64,000 nt of DNA from Hydrurus foetidus. Its lineage: Eukaryota. Both the position numbers and the translations under genes were made by a program. The number at the start of each line of letters is the position of its first letter. Position 1 is the stretch's first letter. The notes under the pieces were generated by a model, which had not been told where the DNA came from, did not search any database, and saw only the letters and a program-made list of their open reading frames with translations. The DNA lies in the NCBI GenBank assembly GCA_900617105.1, contig UYFQ01000032.1, forward strand, positions 620,001 through 684,000, in the 5' to 3' direction. Below, one piece after another: positions 30,056 to 40,609 of this stretch.

Positions 30056-30742
30056 TCAGCACGCCACCGTGCGCAAAAAATCCGCCAGCGTCTTCCCTGC
30101 CTCCATGCGAAACGGCACCTCCAGCACCTCCAAGCATTTGATGCGGTCTAGGCGAAAGCTGCGGAAATCGTCCCGAGCGTCACACCACGCCACCAAAGTC
30201 CACACCCGGCCCCAATAGAAGCACCCCAGCGGGCGCACCGTGCGCTGGGTGGTGGACTCTTTGACATCGGTGTAGTGCAAACCCACCTTGCGCCGCGCCC
30301 CGGTGGCTTCACGCAAGAGGAGCAGGCTATCGCCCTCTGAGGCACTCAGACCCGTGAAGTGGGTAGGTGCGGTATACAGCGTCAAGCTCTCAGCAGCCAC
30401 CCGTGCGGGCGCTGGCAGCACGGACATCATCTTGCCCAACGCCCCCTCAGCGGCCAACGCCAGCCCCGCGTCCAGCCACGGCTGCGAGAGGCGCACCGCA
30501 GCCACCAGTGCCTTGGCCTCTTCGGCGCTGAACATCAGCGGCGGCAAATCGAACCCCGCCCCCAGCCGGTAGCCCACACCCGCCTCGCCCTCGATAGGCA
30601 CGCCCTGACGCATCAAATCAGCCACATCGCGGTACACCGTGCGCTCAGAGACCTCCAGCCGCTCCGCCAAAAAGGCCGCCGTAGACAAGCGCCGCCCGCG
30701 AATCAGCTGGACAAGGTGGAACAGGCGGTCAGCGCGGCGCAT
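30056..30742 (-). CDS. YafY-family HTH-WYL regulator
   Basis: MRRADRLF, VSERTVYRD, GEAGVGY, WTLVAWC..DFRSFRLDRI. Confidence 0.92.
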   Translation of the reverse strand: MRRADRLFHLVQLIRGRRLSTAAFLAERLEVSERTVYRDVADLMRQGVPIEGEAGVGYRLGAGFDLPPLMFSAEEAKALVAAVRLSQPWLDAGLALAAEGALGKMMSVLPAPARVAAESLTLYTAPTHFTGLSASEGDSLLLLREATGARRKVGLHYTDVKESTTQRTVRPLGCFYWGRVWTLVAWCDARDDFRSFRLDRIKCLEVLEVPFRMEAGKTLADFLRTVAC

Positions 30743-30746
30743 CAGC

Positions 30747-31244
30747 TCACGCGGGCATTACCGCAATGTGCAAGCGCACGGCGGTATCGCTGGTGCATTC
30801 CTCGAAATCGCTGGTGTAGCTGCGGTTGTAAGCAGGCCGGGCACCGTCTGCTGCGAAGTAGGCCCAGACCTGTTGCCACGCTGCGATCACGCACTGCGGC
30901 ATGGAACCGGCGGCTTCAAACACCAGATAGTCGCCGGGGGCGATGGTGACTTCGGCATAGTCATCGAGAGAGACAGCCCCCGATTGCAAGGCAATACCTG
31001 CGGTCAAGGTGTACTGGTCGTTGTGGTCGTTGTGGTCGGATTTGTAATCGGTATAGACCCCGTAGACAGGGGAAGAGGGGTCAGCCCCCGGCACTGCACC
31101 GTACACGCCTTGGGCGCGGAAATCATCCCACAGCGCGGCGATTTTGCCGTGTTTGGCGGGTGGCATTTCGTCAGCGTTACGGGTGCGAACTTGCAAGCCA
31201 GCCACGCGGATGGCGGTCGTTTGGTGAATCAGTTGAGGGGTCAT
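30747..31244 (-). CDS. GyrI-like small-molecule-binding protein
   Basis: RTRNADE, IAALW, YGVYTDY, AWQQVW, RSYTSDFE. Confidence 0.85.
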   Translation of the reverse strand: MTPQLIHQTTAIRVAGLQVRTRNADEMPPAKHGKIAALWDDFRAQGVYGAVPGADPSSPVYGVYTDYKSDHNDHNDQYTLTAGIALQSGAVSLDDYAEVTIAPGDYLVFEAAGSMPQCVIAAWQQVWAYFAADGARPAYNRSYTSDFEECTSDTAVRLHIAVMPA

Positions 31245-31263
31245 GTTTATCCTTTACAAGTGT

Positions 31264-32088
31264 TCATTGCAGAAATTGAAGTTGTACCAAATCGGCCTGC
31301 ATCGCCGTCGCAATCAAGCGCATATCGTGGTCGCTGATATCAAACAAGCCCAAGCGGAATTTATACCCCCAACGCTGCGGCGACTCCACAAACTCGAACT
31401 GCGGCACCAGCGGCAAAATAGATGCCTCTTGCGCATCCACGTACTGCACGTCTTTGCGAAACGGGATGAAGCCACCGCCCATGTCGAATTCATACGGCTC
31501 CTCAGTCAAGACCAGCCCCAGCGACACAAAGCACTGCAACCGGTCTTTGCCGCCCATCGTCACGGTGGGTGCGTAATAGGCCACACGGTCGCCGGGCTTA
31601 ACCCGTTTGAGCGGCGCGGCTTTGCCGTGGCAGACCTGCATGTAGCCTGGGCCGTCCGACGGCGCACAGCCGCGCCGGGCATGGGTGGCACAGGCCACGG
31701 CAATCCAGTTTTTTCTTGGCGGGATAGAAATAGCAGCAGTGGGTGCCTCTGGCTGCACATTCAAATGCGCCCAAGCTGCGCCTTCGTCATCGCGCAGCCA
31801 GTCCACCGCCAAACTGCGCTCACTCAGCGCTGCTCTGCTGGTGCTTTGCTCTGCCTCAGCTTGTTGCGCCAAAGCGATAACAGACGCAATGGCTTTGCGT
31901 GCCTGCGGGCTGTTATGCCAGCAGGTGGAACCCATCAACACCGAGATTTGCTTGGTGATGTGGGCCGGGTCTTCGTCTACCAATTGCGCAAGCGAAGCAA
32001 AACCCAGCCCTTCAAGGCGCGCAATCACCAACTCGCCCACTCCTTTGAGGGCGAGCAGCCTTTGTCTTTCTACAGGGGAAAAGTGCAT
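31264..32088 (-). CDS. Helix-hairpin-helix domain-EVE domain fusion protein
   Basis: N-terminal [18 protein letters not shown]-terminal [39 protein letters not shown]. Confidence 0.75.
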   Translation of the reverse strand: MHFSPVERQRLLALKGVGELVIARLEGLGFASLAQLVDEDPAHITKQISVLMGSTCWHNSPQARKAIASVIALAQQAEAEQSTSRAALSERSLAVDWLRDDEGAAWAHLNVQPEAPTAAISIPPRKNWIAVACATHARRGCAPSDGPGYMQVCHGKAAPLKRVKPGDRVAYYAPTVTMGGKDRLQCFVSLGLVLTEEPYEFDMGGGFIPFRKDVQYVDAQEASILPLVPQFEFVESPQRWGYKFRLGLFDISDHDMRLIATAMQADLVQLQFLQ

Positions 32089-32121
32089 AAAACCTCAGCC
32101 TTTGGGTATCAGATTGGCAGC

Positions 32122-32511
32122 TTACGCCATCGCGAACAGCCCAACCCGGTTGCCATCTAAATCTTGAATATGGGCAAAAAAGCCCATGCCCGGTGGCAGG
32201 GCGGTTTTGGGTTTGAGAACGCGGGCACCAGCGGCTGTCGCGCGTGCCACGGCGGCATCAATGCTGGGGCCGCAGTTCAGGTAAACCAGGCTGCCCTGGG
32301 TGCTGGATTCCAGCGTGTCGTGCCCGGACTGCAAGCAGCCTTTGGCACCCTCACCTTCCGACGGAAAAATCGCCAGCGGGTAAATCTTGTCGCCCATCGG
32401 GAACATCTGGCGCTGCATAGGTTGACCGATCACAGCCTCAAAAAACTGCTGGGCGCGGTCAATGTCCTTGACGGGAATTTCAAACCAGCTGATGGCGTTG
32501 GTATGTGGCAT
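32122..32511 (-). CDS. VOC/glyoxalase-bleomycin-resistance family protein
   Basis: ISWFEIPVKDIDRAQQFF, GFFAHIQDLDGNRVGL. Confidence 0.9.
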   Translation of the reverse strand: MPHTNAISWFEIPVKDIDRAQQFFEAVIGQPMQRQMFPMGDKIYPLAIFPSEGEGAKGCLQSGHDTLESSTQGSLVYLNCGPSIDAAVARATAAGARVLKPKTALPPGMGFFAHIQDLDGNRVGLFAMA

Positions 32512-32564
32512 GGAGAACCTTTCAAAGGCGTTGTTAATGAAGCCGCTATGGTGCGCCCCTGCTG

Positions 32565-32582
32565 CTGACAGCGTGGTGTCAG
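32565..32582. promoter_or_regulatory. Putative YafY/WYL operator
   Basis: CTGACA-gcgtgg-TGTCAG palindrome upstream of the VOC-led operon. Confidence 0.6.
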
Positions 32583-32608
32583 GAGGATGCGGCATCCTCA
32601 CATTTATA

Positions 32609-32630
32609 TTGACGTTAACGTAAACGTCAA
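32609..32630. promoter_or_regulatory. Putative LiuR (MerR-family) binding site
   Basis: TTGACGTTAACGTAAACGTCAA with tandem ACGT cores, upstream of icmF. Confidence 0.7.
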
Positions 32631-32703
32631 TTAAGCTTATGAATTGCTCGGCTGCATGCCTAAATGTCAATTCTTCGCTTTCTGCCTTTTTTGCGAGTGC
32701 CCC

Positions 32704-35700
32704 ATGACCGATCTGTCCGCCGACTTCAAAGCCCTGGCCAATTACCGCCCCACGCACAAGGTGCGTTTTGTCACCGCGGCCAGCCTGTTTGACGGGCACG
32801 ACGCGGCCATCAACATCATGCGGCGCATCCTGCAGGGCATGGGCGCAGAAGTCATCCACCTGGGCCACAACCGCAGCGTGGACGAGGTGGTGACCGCCGC
32901 CTTGCAGGAAGACGTGCAAGGCATTGCCATCAGCTCCTACCAGGGCGGGCATGTGGAGTATTTCAAGTACATGGTGGACCTGCTTAAAAGCCGTGGTGGC
33001 GCGCACATTCAGGTGTTTGGCGGTGGCGGTGGTGTGATCGTGCCACCTGAGATTCGCGAACTACATGCCTATGGGGTATCCCGCATCTACAGCCCGGAAG
33101 ACGGCCAGCGTATGGGCTTGCAGGGCATGATCGGCGAGATGGTGATGCGCTGCGACAAGGACATCACGGCGCTGGCCCCGACAGACCTTACCGCCATCCA
33201 GGGCCACACCGAAGCCAGCTGGCGCGCCCTGTCCCAGCTGCTCACCGCCATCGAGGCTTCCAAGGTGAATGAGGCGCTAGCCCTTGATATACGTGCGCAA
33301 GCAGCTACTAAAAAGATAGCGGTCGTGGGCATCACGGGCACCGGCGGCGCCGGCAAGTCCAGCCTGACCGACGAGCTGATCCGCCGCCTGAGGCTGGACC
33401 AGAATGACAGCCTGCGCGTAGCCGTTATCTCGATTGATCCTTCTCGCCGCAAGAGCGGTGGCGCGCTCTTGGGCGACCGCATCCGCATGAACGCGATTGC
33501 GCCGTGGGCCCACACCTCCGTTCGGGCTGAGCCTGTCGAAGCCCCTGCGAGCCCTTCGACAAGCTCAGGGCGAACGGAGAGTGGTTCTCCCCAGAGAGTG
33601 TTTATGCGCAGCCTGGCCACCCGTGACTTTGGCTCTGAAATCAGCGCGGCCCTGCCCGATGTGATTGCCGCCTGCAAGGTGGCAGGGTTCGACCTGGTGG
33701 TGGTGGAAACCTCGGGCATTGGCCAAGGCGATGCGGCCATTGCCCCGCTGGTGGATGTGCCGGTGTATGTGATGACACCCGAGTTTGGCGCGGCCAGCCA
33801 GCTGGAAAAAATCGACATGCTGGACTTTGCCGAGTTTGTGGCCATCAACAAGTTCGACCGCAAGGGCGCTAGCGATGCGCTGCGCGATGTGTCCAAACAA
33901 GTACAGCGCAACCAAGAAGCCTGGACCACGCCGGCCGACCAGATGCCCGTGTTCGGCACCATGGCCGCGCGCTTCAACGACGACGGTGTGACCGCGTTGT
34001 ATCAGGCCTTGCTGCCGCGTTTGAAAGCGCTGGGTGTGCCCATCAAGGACGGCATGTTGCCCAAGGTGGCAGTGCGCCACAGCAGCAACCAGAGCCCGGT
34101 GGTGCCTGCCGCGCGCACGCGCTATTTGGCCGAAATCAGCGACACCGTGCGCGGCTACAAAAAGCGCGCGCGGGAGCAGGCCACACTGGCGCGCGAAATC
34201 CAGCAGCTGCAGGCGGCAGCGGTCATGCTCAAGGTGGATAAGCCCGACCGTGCGCCCGCCGCCGAAGCGGCGTTGGACCTGGCCGGCAAGCGCAAGGCGC
34301 GCCAGGACCGCGATGCGCGGCAACTGCTGCAACAGTGGCCCGAGATGCAAAAGGCCTACGCGGGCGACGAATACGTGGTGAAGATCCGTGACAAAGAAAT
34401 CCGCACCGCACTCACCACCAAATCCTTGAGCGGTACCACCATCCGCAAGGTGGCCTTGCCGCAGTACGAGGACCACGGTGAAATCCTGAAGTGGTTGATG
34501 CTGGACAACGTGCCCGGCAGCTACCCCTACACGGCCGGCACCTTTGCCTTCAAACGTGAGGGCGAAGACCCCACGCGCATGTTCGCGGGCGAGGGCGATG
34601 CCTTTCGCACTAACACGCGTTTCAAGCTGCTGTCCAGCGGTATGGCCGCCAAGCGTTTGAGTACCGCGTTTGACTCGGTCACGCTGTACGGCAACGACCC
34701 CGACCCACGGCCCGACATCTACGGCAAGGTGGGCAACAGCGGCGTGAGCATTGCCACGCTGGACGATATGAAGGTGCTGTACGGCGGCTTTGATTTGTGC
34801 AGCCCGTCCACCAGCGTGTCCATGACCATCAACGGGCCTGCACCTTCCATACTCGCCATGTTCATGAACACGGCCATCGACCAGAACGTCGAGAAGTTCC
34901 AGGCGGACAACGGCCGCGACCCGACCGACACCGAGGTGGCCAAAATCCGTGAATGGGTGCTGGCCAATGTGCGCGGCACCGTGCAGGCCGACATCCTGAA
35001 AGAAGACCAGGGCCAGAACACCTGCATCTTCAGCACCGAGTTTTCGCTGAAGGTGATGGGCGACATCGCCGAGTACTTCGTGCACCACGACGTGCGCAAC
35101 TTCTACAGTGTGTCCATCAGCGGGTACCACATTGCCGAAGCTGGGGCCAACCCGATCAGCCAGCTGGCGTTCACGCTGTCCAATGGCTTCACGTTTGTCG
35201 AGGCGTATCTCGCGCGCGGCATGCACGTTGACGACTTCGCGCCCAACCTGAGTTTCTTCTTCAGCAACGGCATGGACCCTGAGTACACGGTGATGGGCCG
35301 CGTGGCGCGCCGCATCTGGGCGGTGGCGATGAAAGAGAAATATGGGGCGAATGAACGCAGCCAGAAGCTGAAATACCACATCCAGACCAGCGGCCGCAGC
35401 CTGCACGCGCAGGAAATCCAGTTCAACGACATCCGCACCACGTTGCAGGCGCTGATTGCGATTTACGACAACTGCAACAGCCTGCACACCAACGCGTTTG
35501 ACGAGGCCATCACCACACCCACCGAAGACAGCGTGCGCCGCGCCATGGCCATCCAGCTCATCATCAACCGCGAGTGGGGCCTGGCCAAGAACGAGAACCC
35601 TTCACAGGGCGCCTTCATCATCGAAGAGCTGACCGAACTGGTGGAAGAGGCGGTACTGAAAGAGTTTGAAAGCATTGCCGAGCGCGGCGGTGTGCTCGGT

Positions 35701-36072
35701 GCCATGGAGACCGGCTACCAGCGCGGCAAGATTCAGGACGAATCCATGCACTACGAGATGCTCAAGCACACAGGTGAGCTGCCCATCATCGGCGTCAACA
35801 CCTTCCGCAACCCGCACGGTGACCAAGTGCTGGAGAAGCTGGAGCTGGCCCGCAGCACGGATGAGGAAAAGCAAAACCAGCTCAAGCGCCTGGCCGATTT
35901 CCACACCCGCCATGCGGACGCCGCCCCTGCCATGCTCAAGCAACTGCAACAGGCTGTCATCGACAATAAAAACGTGTTTGACGTGCTGATGGACGCGGTG
36001 CGCGTCTGCTCACTGGGTCAAATTACTAGCGCGCTGTTTGAGGTGGGTGGGCAGTACCGGCGCAATATGTAG
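32704..36072 (+). CDS. icmF: Fused isobutyryl-CoA mutase / MeaB-like GTPase
   Basis: B12-binding domain (DGHDAAIN), GTPase ([20 protein letters not shown]), mutase barrel ([18 protein letters not shown]). Confidence 0.96.
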   Translation: MTDLSADFKALANYRPTHKVRFVTAASLFDGHDAAINIMRRILQGMGAEVIHLGHNRSVDEVVTAALQEDVQGIAISSYQGGHVEYFKYMVDLLKSRGGAHIQVFGGGGGVIVPPEIRELHAYGVSRIYSPEDGQRMGLQGMIGEMVMRCDKDITALAPTDLTAIQGHTEASWRALSQLLTAIEASKVNEALALDIRAQAATKKIAVVGITGTGGAGKSSLTDELIRRLRLDQNDSLRVAVISIDPSRRKSGGALLGDRIRMNAIAPWAHTSVRAEPVEAPASPSTSSGRTESGSPQRVFMRSLATRDFGSEISAALPDVIAACKVAGFDLVVVETSGIGQGDAAIAPLVDVPVYVMTPEFGAASQLEKIDMLDFAEFVAINKFDRKGASDALRDVSKQVQRNQEAWTTPADQMPVFGTMAARFNDDGVTALYQALLPRLKALGVPIKDGMLPKVAVRHSSNQSPVVPAARTRYLAEISDTVRGYKKRAREQATLAREIQQLQAAAVMLKVDKPDRAPAAEAALDLAGKRKARQDRDARQLLQQWPEMQKAYAGDEYVVKIRDKEIRTALTTKSLSGTTIRKVALPQYEDHGEILKWLMLDNVPGSYPYTAGTFAFKREGEDPTRMFAGEGDAFRTNTRFKLLSSGMAAKRLSTAFDSVTLYGNDPDPRPDIYGKVGNSGVSIATLDDMKVLYGGFDLCSPSTSVSMTINGPAPSILAMFMNTAIDQNVEKFQADNGRDPTDTEVAKIREWVLANVRGTVQADILKEDQGQNTCIFSTEFSLKVMGDIAEYFVHHDVRNFYSVSISGYHIAEAGANPISQLAFTLSNGFTFVEAYLARGMHVDDFAPNLSFFFSNGMDPEYTVMGRVARRIWAVAMKEKYGANERSQKLKYHIQTSGRSLHAQEIQFNDIRTTLQALIAIYDNCNSLHTNAFDEAITTPTEDSVRRAMAIQLIINREWGLAKNENPSQGAFIIEELTELVEEAVLKEFESIAERGGVLGAMETGYQRGKIQDESMHYEMLKHTGELPIIGVNTFRNPHGDQVLEKLELARSTDEEKQNQLKRLADFHTRHADAAPAMLKQLQQAVIDNKNVFDVLMDAVRVCSLGQITSALFEVGGQYRRNM
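33268..33320 (+). repeat. ~55-bp two-hairpin REP-like repeat, in icmF CDS
   Basis: AATGAGGCGCTAGCCCTTGATATACGTGCGCAAGCAGCTACTAAAAAGATAGC. Confidence 0.68.
33516..33579. repeat. Palindromic REP-like element in frame within icmF
   Basis: CTCCGTTCGGGCTGAGCCTGTCGAAG...CTTCGACAAGCTCAGGGCGAACGGAG imperfect hairpin. Confidence 0.8.
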
Positions 36073-36099
36073 TGCCACTGAAGGTACGCAGTGCAGCCT

Positions 36100-36840
36100 T
36101 CACCAAGGCAGCTCTCGCCCCGCGTAATCCCAAAACTTCCCTGTATCCGCAGCCCCAAGCCCTTGCAGCACACCCAATAACTCACCCGCAGCCACATCCG
36201 GCGCACGCACGTTCAGCCCGGTCTTCGCAAAGGGCTGCGACAGCGCGGAGTCCACGGTGCCGGGGTGCAGTGCTATGCACAGGCTGTCTTTGTTGCGCCT
36301 TGTTAGCTCAATCGCTGCCGTCTTGACGAACTGGTTCAGTGCGGCCTTGGAGGCGCGGTAGCCGTACCAACCGCCCAGGGCGTTGTCGCCAATGCTGCCG
36401 ACTTTGGCGGACAAAAAGCCTACCGCCACCCGCCCGGTTTTGGGCAGCAAGGGAAAGAAGTGCTTGATGACCAGCGCGGGGCCAAGTGCGTTGGTCTGGA
36501 ACACCTGATGGAGGTAATCAGCATTCAGGTTCGCCCAACTGCGCTCGGGCTGACCCGCAGGGCTGTGCAAGGTGCCGGTGGCCACCACCAGCAAGCGCAG
36601 CGGCTGGTTTTGGCGGGCGCACTCTTCAGCGACCCATTGGGCAGCTTGAGCGAGCGTGGCTTCATCGGCGTAGTCCAGCGGTGGCGTACTGTGACGGCTT
36701 AAGCCCAAGACGGCGGCATACGCGGGGTAGTCGGGTGCGGCATCCCGTAGCGTGTATTGCGCCTTCAATTGCGCCACCAGGGCCGCCCCGATGGCACCTG
36801 TCGCGCCGATCACGACAGCCAAACCGTCTTTCATCATCAT
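36100..36840 (-). CDS. Short-chain dehydrogenase/reductase (CsgA-like)
   Basis: GATGAIG, LSAKVGSIGDN, YGYRASKAALN, LHPGTVDS. Confidence 0.9.
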   Translation of the reverse strand: MMMKDGLAVVIGATGAIGAALVAQLKAQYTLRDAAPDYPAYAAVLGLSRHSTPPLDYADEATLAQAAQWVAEECARQNQPLRLLVVATGTLHSPAGQPERSWANLNADYLHQVFQTNALGPALVIKHFFPLLPKTGRVAVGFLSAKVGSIGDNALGGWYGYRASKAALNQFVKTAAIELTRRNKDSLCIALHPGTVDSALSQPFAKTGLNVRAPDVAAGELLGVLQGLGAADTGKFWDYAGRELPW

Positions 36841-36855
36841 GACCTCTTTCACGCT

Positions 36856-38079
36856 TTAAACGCTTGTAGCCCGCTGCCCATCGTCCGTTGACAAGGCCTG
36901 TTCGCTGTTCACACGCAAGCGCTGCAACTCGCTCACCATCTCACGCACACCCACCGCCTCTACCTCGTGGCCCAAGGGGTAGCGGTCTTGGCCGCCATGC
37001 ACCATCCAGCGTTTGGCAGGTTTCAAATCACTACAAGCGTCGTAGAAACCGCGACGGGGCTTGCTGGCTGCGCCGCGTTTGATTTCAATGGCCCACAAGC
37101 CGTGGCCAGGAATGTCCAGCAACAGATCAATTTCGGCACCATTGCTGGTGCGGTAAAACCCGCTGCTGGTGTTCAGTGGTGCGGCGTTGAGCAAGGTTTC
37201 AACCACAAAGCCCTCCCAACTGTTGCCCAGCACGGGGTGCGACAGCAGGGCTTCATGCGAGGTGATACCCAGCAGGGTATGCACCAACCCGCTGTCACGA
37301 ACATACAGCTTGGGGGACTTGACCAAGCGCTTGCCCACATTGCTGTGCCAGGGCTGCAAGCGGCGCAACAGCATCAGATCGACCAGCATGTCCAAGTAGC
37401 GGTGTACCGTCTTGGCATCGATCATCAGGTTCTTACCGAATTGCGCCACATCCAACAAGCCGCCTTGCTGGTGCGCGAGCATCGTCCATAAGCGGCGCAA
37501 GGTTTCGGACGATATGCGCGTACCGTAGCTGGGTATATCCCGCTCCAAGTAGGTGTTGATGAGATTTTTCCGCCACACCATGCTTTTGGTGTCGTTGCTG
37601 GCTAAAAAACTGTTGGGGAAACCACCGCGCAGCCACAACGGGTCTTGTTGCTCAGCGTCCAATTCCAGTGCCTGCAAAGGTGCCAGCTCCAGGTAGGCGA
37701 TGCGCCCGGCCAGACTCTCACTGGACTGACGCAGCAACTCGCCCGATGCCGAACCCAAGAGCAAAAAACGCCTCGCAGCCAAGCCATTGCGTCGCCCCCG
37801 GTCAATGCTGCCGCGCAGCACTTGAAACAGGGCGGGCATTTGCTGCACCTCATCCAAAATGACCAAGCGATTTTCGTGGCGCGACAGGTAAGCCTCGGGG
37901 TCGGTCAACTTTTGCCGATCGCTGGGACTTTCAAGATCCAGGTAGACGCTGTCCCCCTGTTGCTCGCCCACCTGATGGGCCAAGGTGGTTTTCCCCGCTT
38001 GGCGCGGGCCCAGCAAGGCGACAGCAGGGAAGTCTGTCAGTGTTTCTTGTAAAAGAGGATACAAACTGCGCTCAATCAT
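36856..38079 (-). CDS. AAA+ ATPase (AAA_14 + DUF4143-type) with C-terminal nuclease-like motif
   Basis: GPRQAGKTT, ILDEVQ, KSPKLYVRDSG, EIDLL..AIEIK. Confidence 0.88.
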   Translation of the reverse strand: MIERSLYPLLQETLTDFPAVALLGPRQAGKTTLAHQVGEQQGDSVYLDLESPSDRQKLTDPEAYLSRHENRLVILDEVQQMPALFQVLRGSIDRGRRNGLAARRFLLLGSASGELLRQSSESLAGRIAYLELAPLQALELDAEQQDPLWLRGGFPNSFLASNDTKSMVWRKNLINTYLERDIPSYGTRISSETLRRLWTMLAHQQGGLLDVAQFGKNLMIDAKTVHRYLDMLVDLMLLRRLQPWHSNVGKRLVKSPKLYVRDSGLVHTLLGITSHEALLSHPVLGNSWEGFVVETLLNAAPLNTSSGFYRTSNGAEIDLLLDIPGHGLWAIEIKRGAASKPRRGFYDACSDLKPAKRWMVHGGQDRYPLGHEVEAVGVREMVSELQRLRVNSEQALSTDDGQRATSV

Positions 38080-38131
38080 TCATGTATTATATGGATTATC
38101 CTCATCAAATTGCATGGTTATTTAAATGACA

Positions 38132-38343
38132 ACGCGCTCCCCCATCGCCAGCAATGGCTTCAGTGGAGATCACTGATGGCGAGGCCTGCACACCGCCAAA
38201 AATGGTCGCGAATGCGGCATCGGCTGCATCGCGGCCTGTGGCGAAACGCACAAATCCCATGGGAATGGCGGTGCCTGACGGGTCGAACATGAACCAGCGG
38301 TCGCCCAAAAGGACTTCGGCGTAGGCGTGGAAATCGGTGGGGC
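38132..38343 (-). repeat. Duplicated 3' segment of the transglutaminase gene (direct repeat of 47220-47430)
   Basis: Near-identical DNA; both encode PTDFHAYAEVxLGDRWFMFDPSGTAIPMGFVRFATGRDAADAAFATIFGG. Confidence 0.93.
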
Positions 38344-38476
38344 AAATCACGAACGCGCTATTGAAGGTGGGGGCAGTATCGGCGCAATATGTAGGCGAGA
38401 AATAGATCAACACCAGCCTGCAATTCGCACATTGGGCATTCTTTGCTTTGGCACTTAAAAGCACGCAAAAACACGC

Positions 38477-39499
38477 TTAATCCAGCTTCAGCTTTGCATC
38501 CGAAATGATTCGGCCCCAGGTCTGCGTCTCTCGCACGATGTACTCGCTAAATTCGTCTGGCTTGATGTCAAAGCGGTTGTAGCCCAATGCTTTGTAGCGG
38601 TCTATCACCTCTGGCAGCACCATCACCTCGGTCACGTCCGCTGCAATTTTTTCACGCAGTGCTTTGGGTGTGCCTTTGGGGGCGAAAAGGCCAAACCAGG
38701 CGTTGGCGGTGAAGGTTTTTGCTGTGGTGGACGCCCCCATGCCTGGTGCCGAGGGGTAATAGGGGGATGCTTGGGCCGCAGCTACACCGATGAAGCGGAT
38801 GCGCCCGGCCTTTTCCAGTGGGCCCGCGCTGGCCAAGCTGCCCAATGCCCAATCGACCTCGCCTGTAGACACGGCGGCAAACAGTTGCGGAATTTCTTTA
38901 TAAGGCACGTGCGTCATCTTCGTTTGGGTGCCTGCTTGCAAACGCAGGCCACCCAAGTGAGCAGGGCTACCGGCACCCCATGAGCCAAAAGTCAGCTTGT
39001 CCGGTGCGGCTTGTGCGGCACGCACGATGTCGTCAATGGTCTTGTAAGGGCTGTCTTTGCCCACCACGACGAAAAAATCTGTTTGCAAGGTGGGTCGAAT
39101 AGGATCAAAGTCGCGCGGTGGATCGTACGGAAGCTTGCTGTAGAGGTGTACGTTAGAGGTCAGCATGGTGCTGTCCAGGTGAACCAATTCGTGGCCATCG
39201 GTCGCTGCACTGCGTGTAGCATTGAATGCCACCACGCCGTTGCCGCCGGGTTTATTGTCCACGATCACAGGCTGCCCCCAGCGCTTGGAAAGTTGTTCAG
39301 CCAGCACACGCAAAGACACATCGGGGCCACTGCCCGCCGACACAGCGGTGGTGATCTTCACGGGTTTGGTGGGCCAATTTTGGCTGAATGCCGGGCCAGT
39401 TAATGCCATCACCATGACACCAAGCCCCAAGCCTAGGTAAAACCGGCGGGGTTTGATGTCAGTCAAAAAAGTCTTGGGATTGAGGAGGAAGTCATTCAT
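38477..39499 (-). CDS. Bug/TctC tripartite tricarboxylate transporter substrate-binding protein
   Basis: WPTKPVK, WGQPVIVDNKPGG, HVPYK, WFGLFAPKGTP. Confidence 0.92.
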   Translation of the reverse strand: MNDFLLNPKTFLTDIKPRRFYLGLGLGVMVMALTGPAFSQNWPTKPVKITTAVSAGSGPDVSLRVLAEQLSKRWGQPVIVDNKPGGNGVVAFNATRSAATDGHELVHLDSTMLTSNVHLYSKLPYDPPRDFDPIRPTLQTDFFVVVGKDSPYKTIDDIVRAAQAAPDKLTFGSWGAGSPAHLGGLRLQAGTQTKMTHVPYKEIPQLFAAVSTGEVDWALGSLASAGPLEKAGRIRFIGVAAAQASPYYPSAPGMGASTTAKTFTANAWFGLFAPKGTPKALREKIAADVTEVMVLPEVIDRYKALGYNRFDIKPDEFSEYIVRETQTWGRIISDAKLKLD

Positions 39500-39593
39500 T
39501 GCAGCAAGCTTTCAGGCAAAAGGAATTGCATTTTTACCTTTGAACCTGCACCTTAGCTAGAGGGCGTACTGCACCTTTTCTGAGAAACAGCCC

Positions 39594-40514
39594 TTAAATA
39601 CTGCTTTGGGCGGTGTACTTTTTAAAATGCGTTAAGAATGCTTCAGCAGCCGTTGAAAATGGTTGCGCCCGTGTACAGATTGCCACAATTTCACGGGTCA
39701 CTTCAGGGGCGATCAAAGGCACGGCCACCACGCCATGGCTGTCTGCCCGGGACAACCCATAAGCTGGCAAGACTGCAACCCCTAAGCCCGCACTCACCAT
39801 ACCAACCGCCGTGTGGATGTTGGCCACTTCAAACGCTGGCTTGAGTTGCAACGTCACACGGCTCATAGTCTGGTCTATCAGTTTGCGCAGGCCACTGCCA
39901 GGGGTAAGCAGCACCAGGCTTTGATCGATCAGATCCGTCCAAGTCAGCTCTTTACTCTGGGCCAAAGGATGGTCTTTATGGCATGCCAGAACCAGTGCGT
40001 CTTCGTACAAGACCTGTGACACCAAATCGTGAATCCCTGGGCTGCTGGTGCAAATGCCAAAGTCGGCACGTCCGTCGCGCACCGAGCTCACCACCTGGTC
40101 TACCGGAGCATCCACCAGCGTGACGATGACATTCGGAAACTGTTGGCGAAACTGTGCAATCACATGCGGGATCAAGCTGGCCGCCAGCAGCGGTGAAGTC
40201 ACCAGCGACAAGCGGGTGCTTTTGCGGCGTTGGTTGTCGTCCAACGCACGCAGACCTGCATTTAGGTTGAAAAAAACATCGCGAACGGCAGGCAAAAATT
40301 GCTTGCCTGCGTCAGACAACTCAACGCGGCGCGTTGTTCGCTCAAACAGACGCACGCCCAATTCCTCTTCCAAAGTGCGCACCAGCATGGACATGGCCGA
40401 GATGGTCAGGTGCATACGGGTGGCGGCACGTGTCATGCTGCCCTCTTGCGCCACCAAATAAAAACCGCGAAGCTGACGCAAGCTCAGGTTGGACGGGGTA
40501 TCAAGAATTTCCAT
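39594..40514 (-). CDS. LysR-family regulator
   Basis: LRQLRGF..SMTRAA..LEEELGVRLFERTTRRV. Confidence 0.93.
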   Translation of the reverse strand: MEILDTPSNLSLRQLRGFYLVAQEGSMTRAATRMHLTISAMSMLVRTLEEELGVRLFERTTRRVELSDAGKQFLPAVRDVFFNLNAGLRALDDNQRRKSTRLSLVTSPLLAASLIPHVIAQFRQQFPNVIVTLVDAPVDQVVSSVRDGRADFGICTSSPGIHDLVSQVLYEDALVLACHKDHPLAQSKELTWTDLIDQSLVLLTPGSGLRKLIDQTMSRVTLQLKPAFEVANIHTAVGMVSAGLGVAVLPAYGLSRADSHGVVAVPLIAPEVTREIVAICTRAQPFSTAAEAFLTHFKKYTAQSSI

Positions 40515-40609
40515 CGGTGCATTGTGTACGCAGATTTTGTAGATTTTCTTCAAACTTCTTCAAAATTATGCGATTGCCGTTGAAACTCCGCCGCAGTTAA
40601 ATACCCCCT

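Noticed and set aside
31014..31038. 9-bp tandem repeat in the GyrI-like gene (DHNDHND)
   Set aside because: Small in-frame slippage duplication; too short to suggest phase variation
33565..35487. 640-aa antisense ORF (and similar ones at 49652-51490, 60125-61219 and 17597-18667)
   Set aside because: Shadow ORFs from GC-rich codon bias opposite well-supported genes; no recognisable motifs
38105..38464. 119-aa ORF as an independent gene
   Set aside because: Chance fusion of island-edge DNA with the duplicated transglutaminase fragment; it lacks the catalytic Cys region
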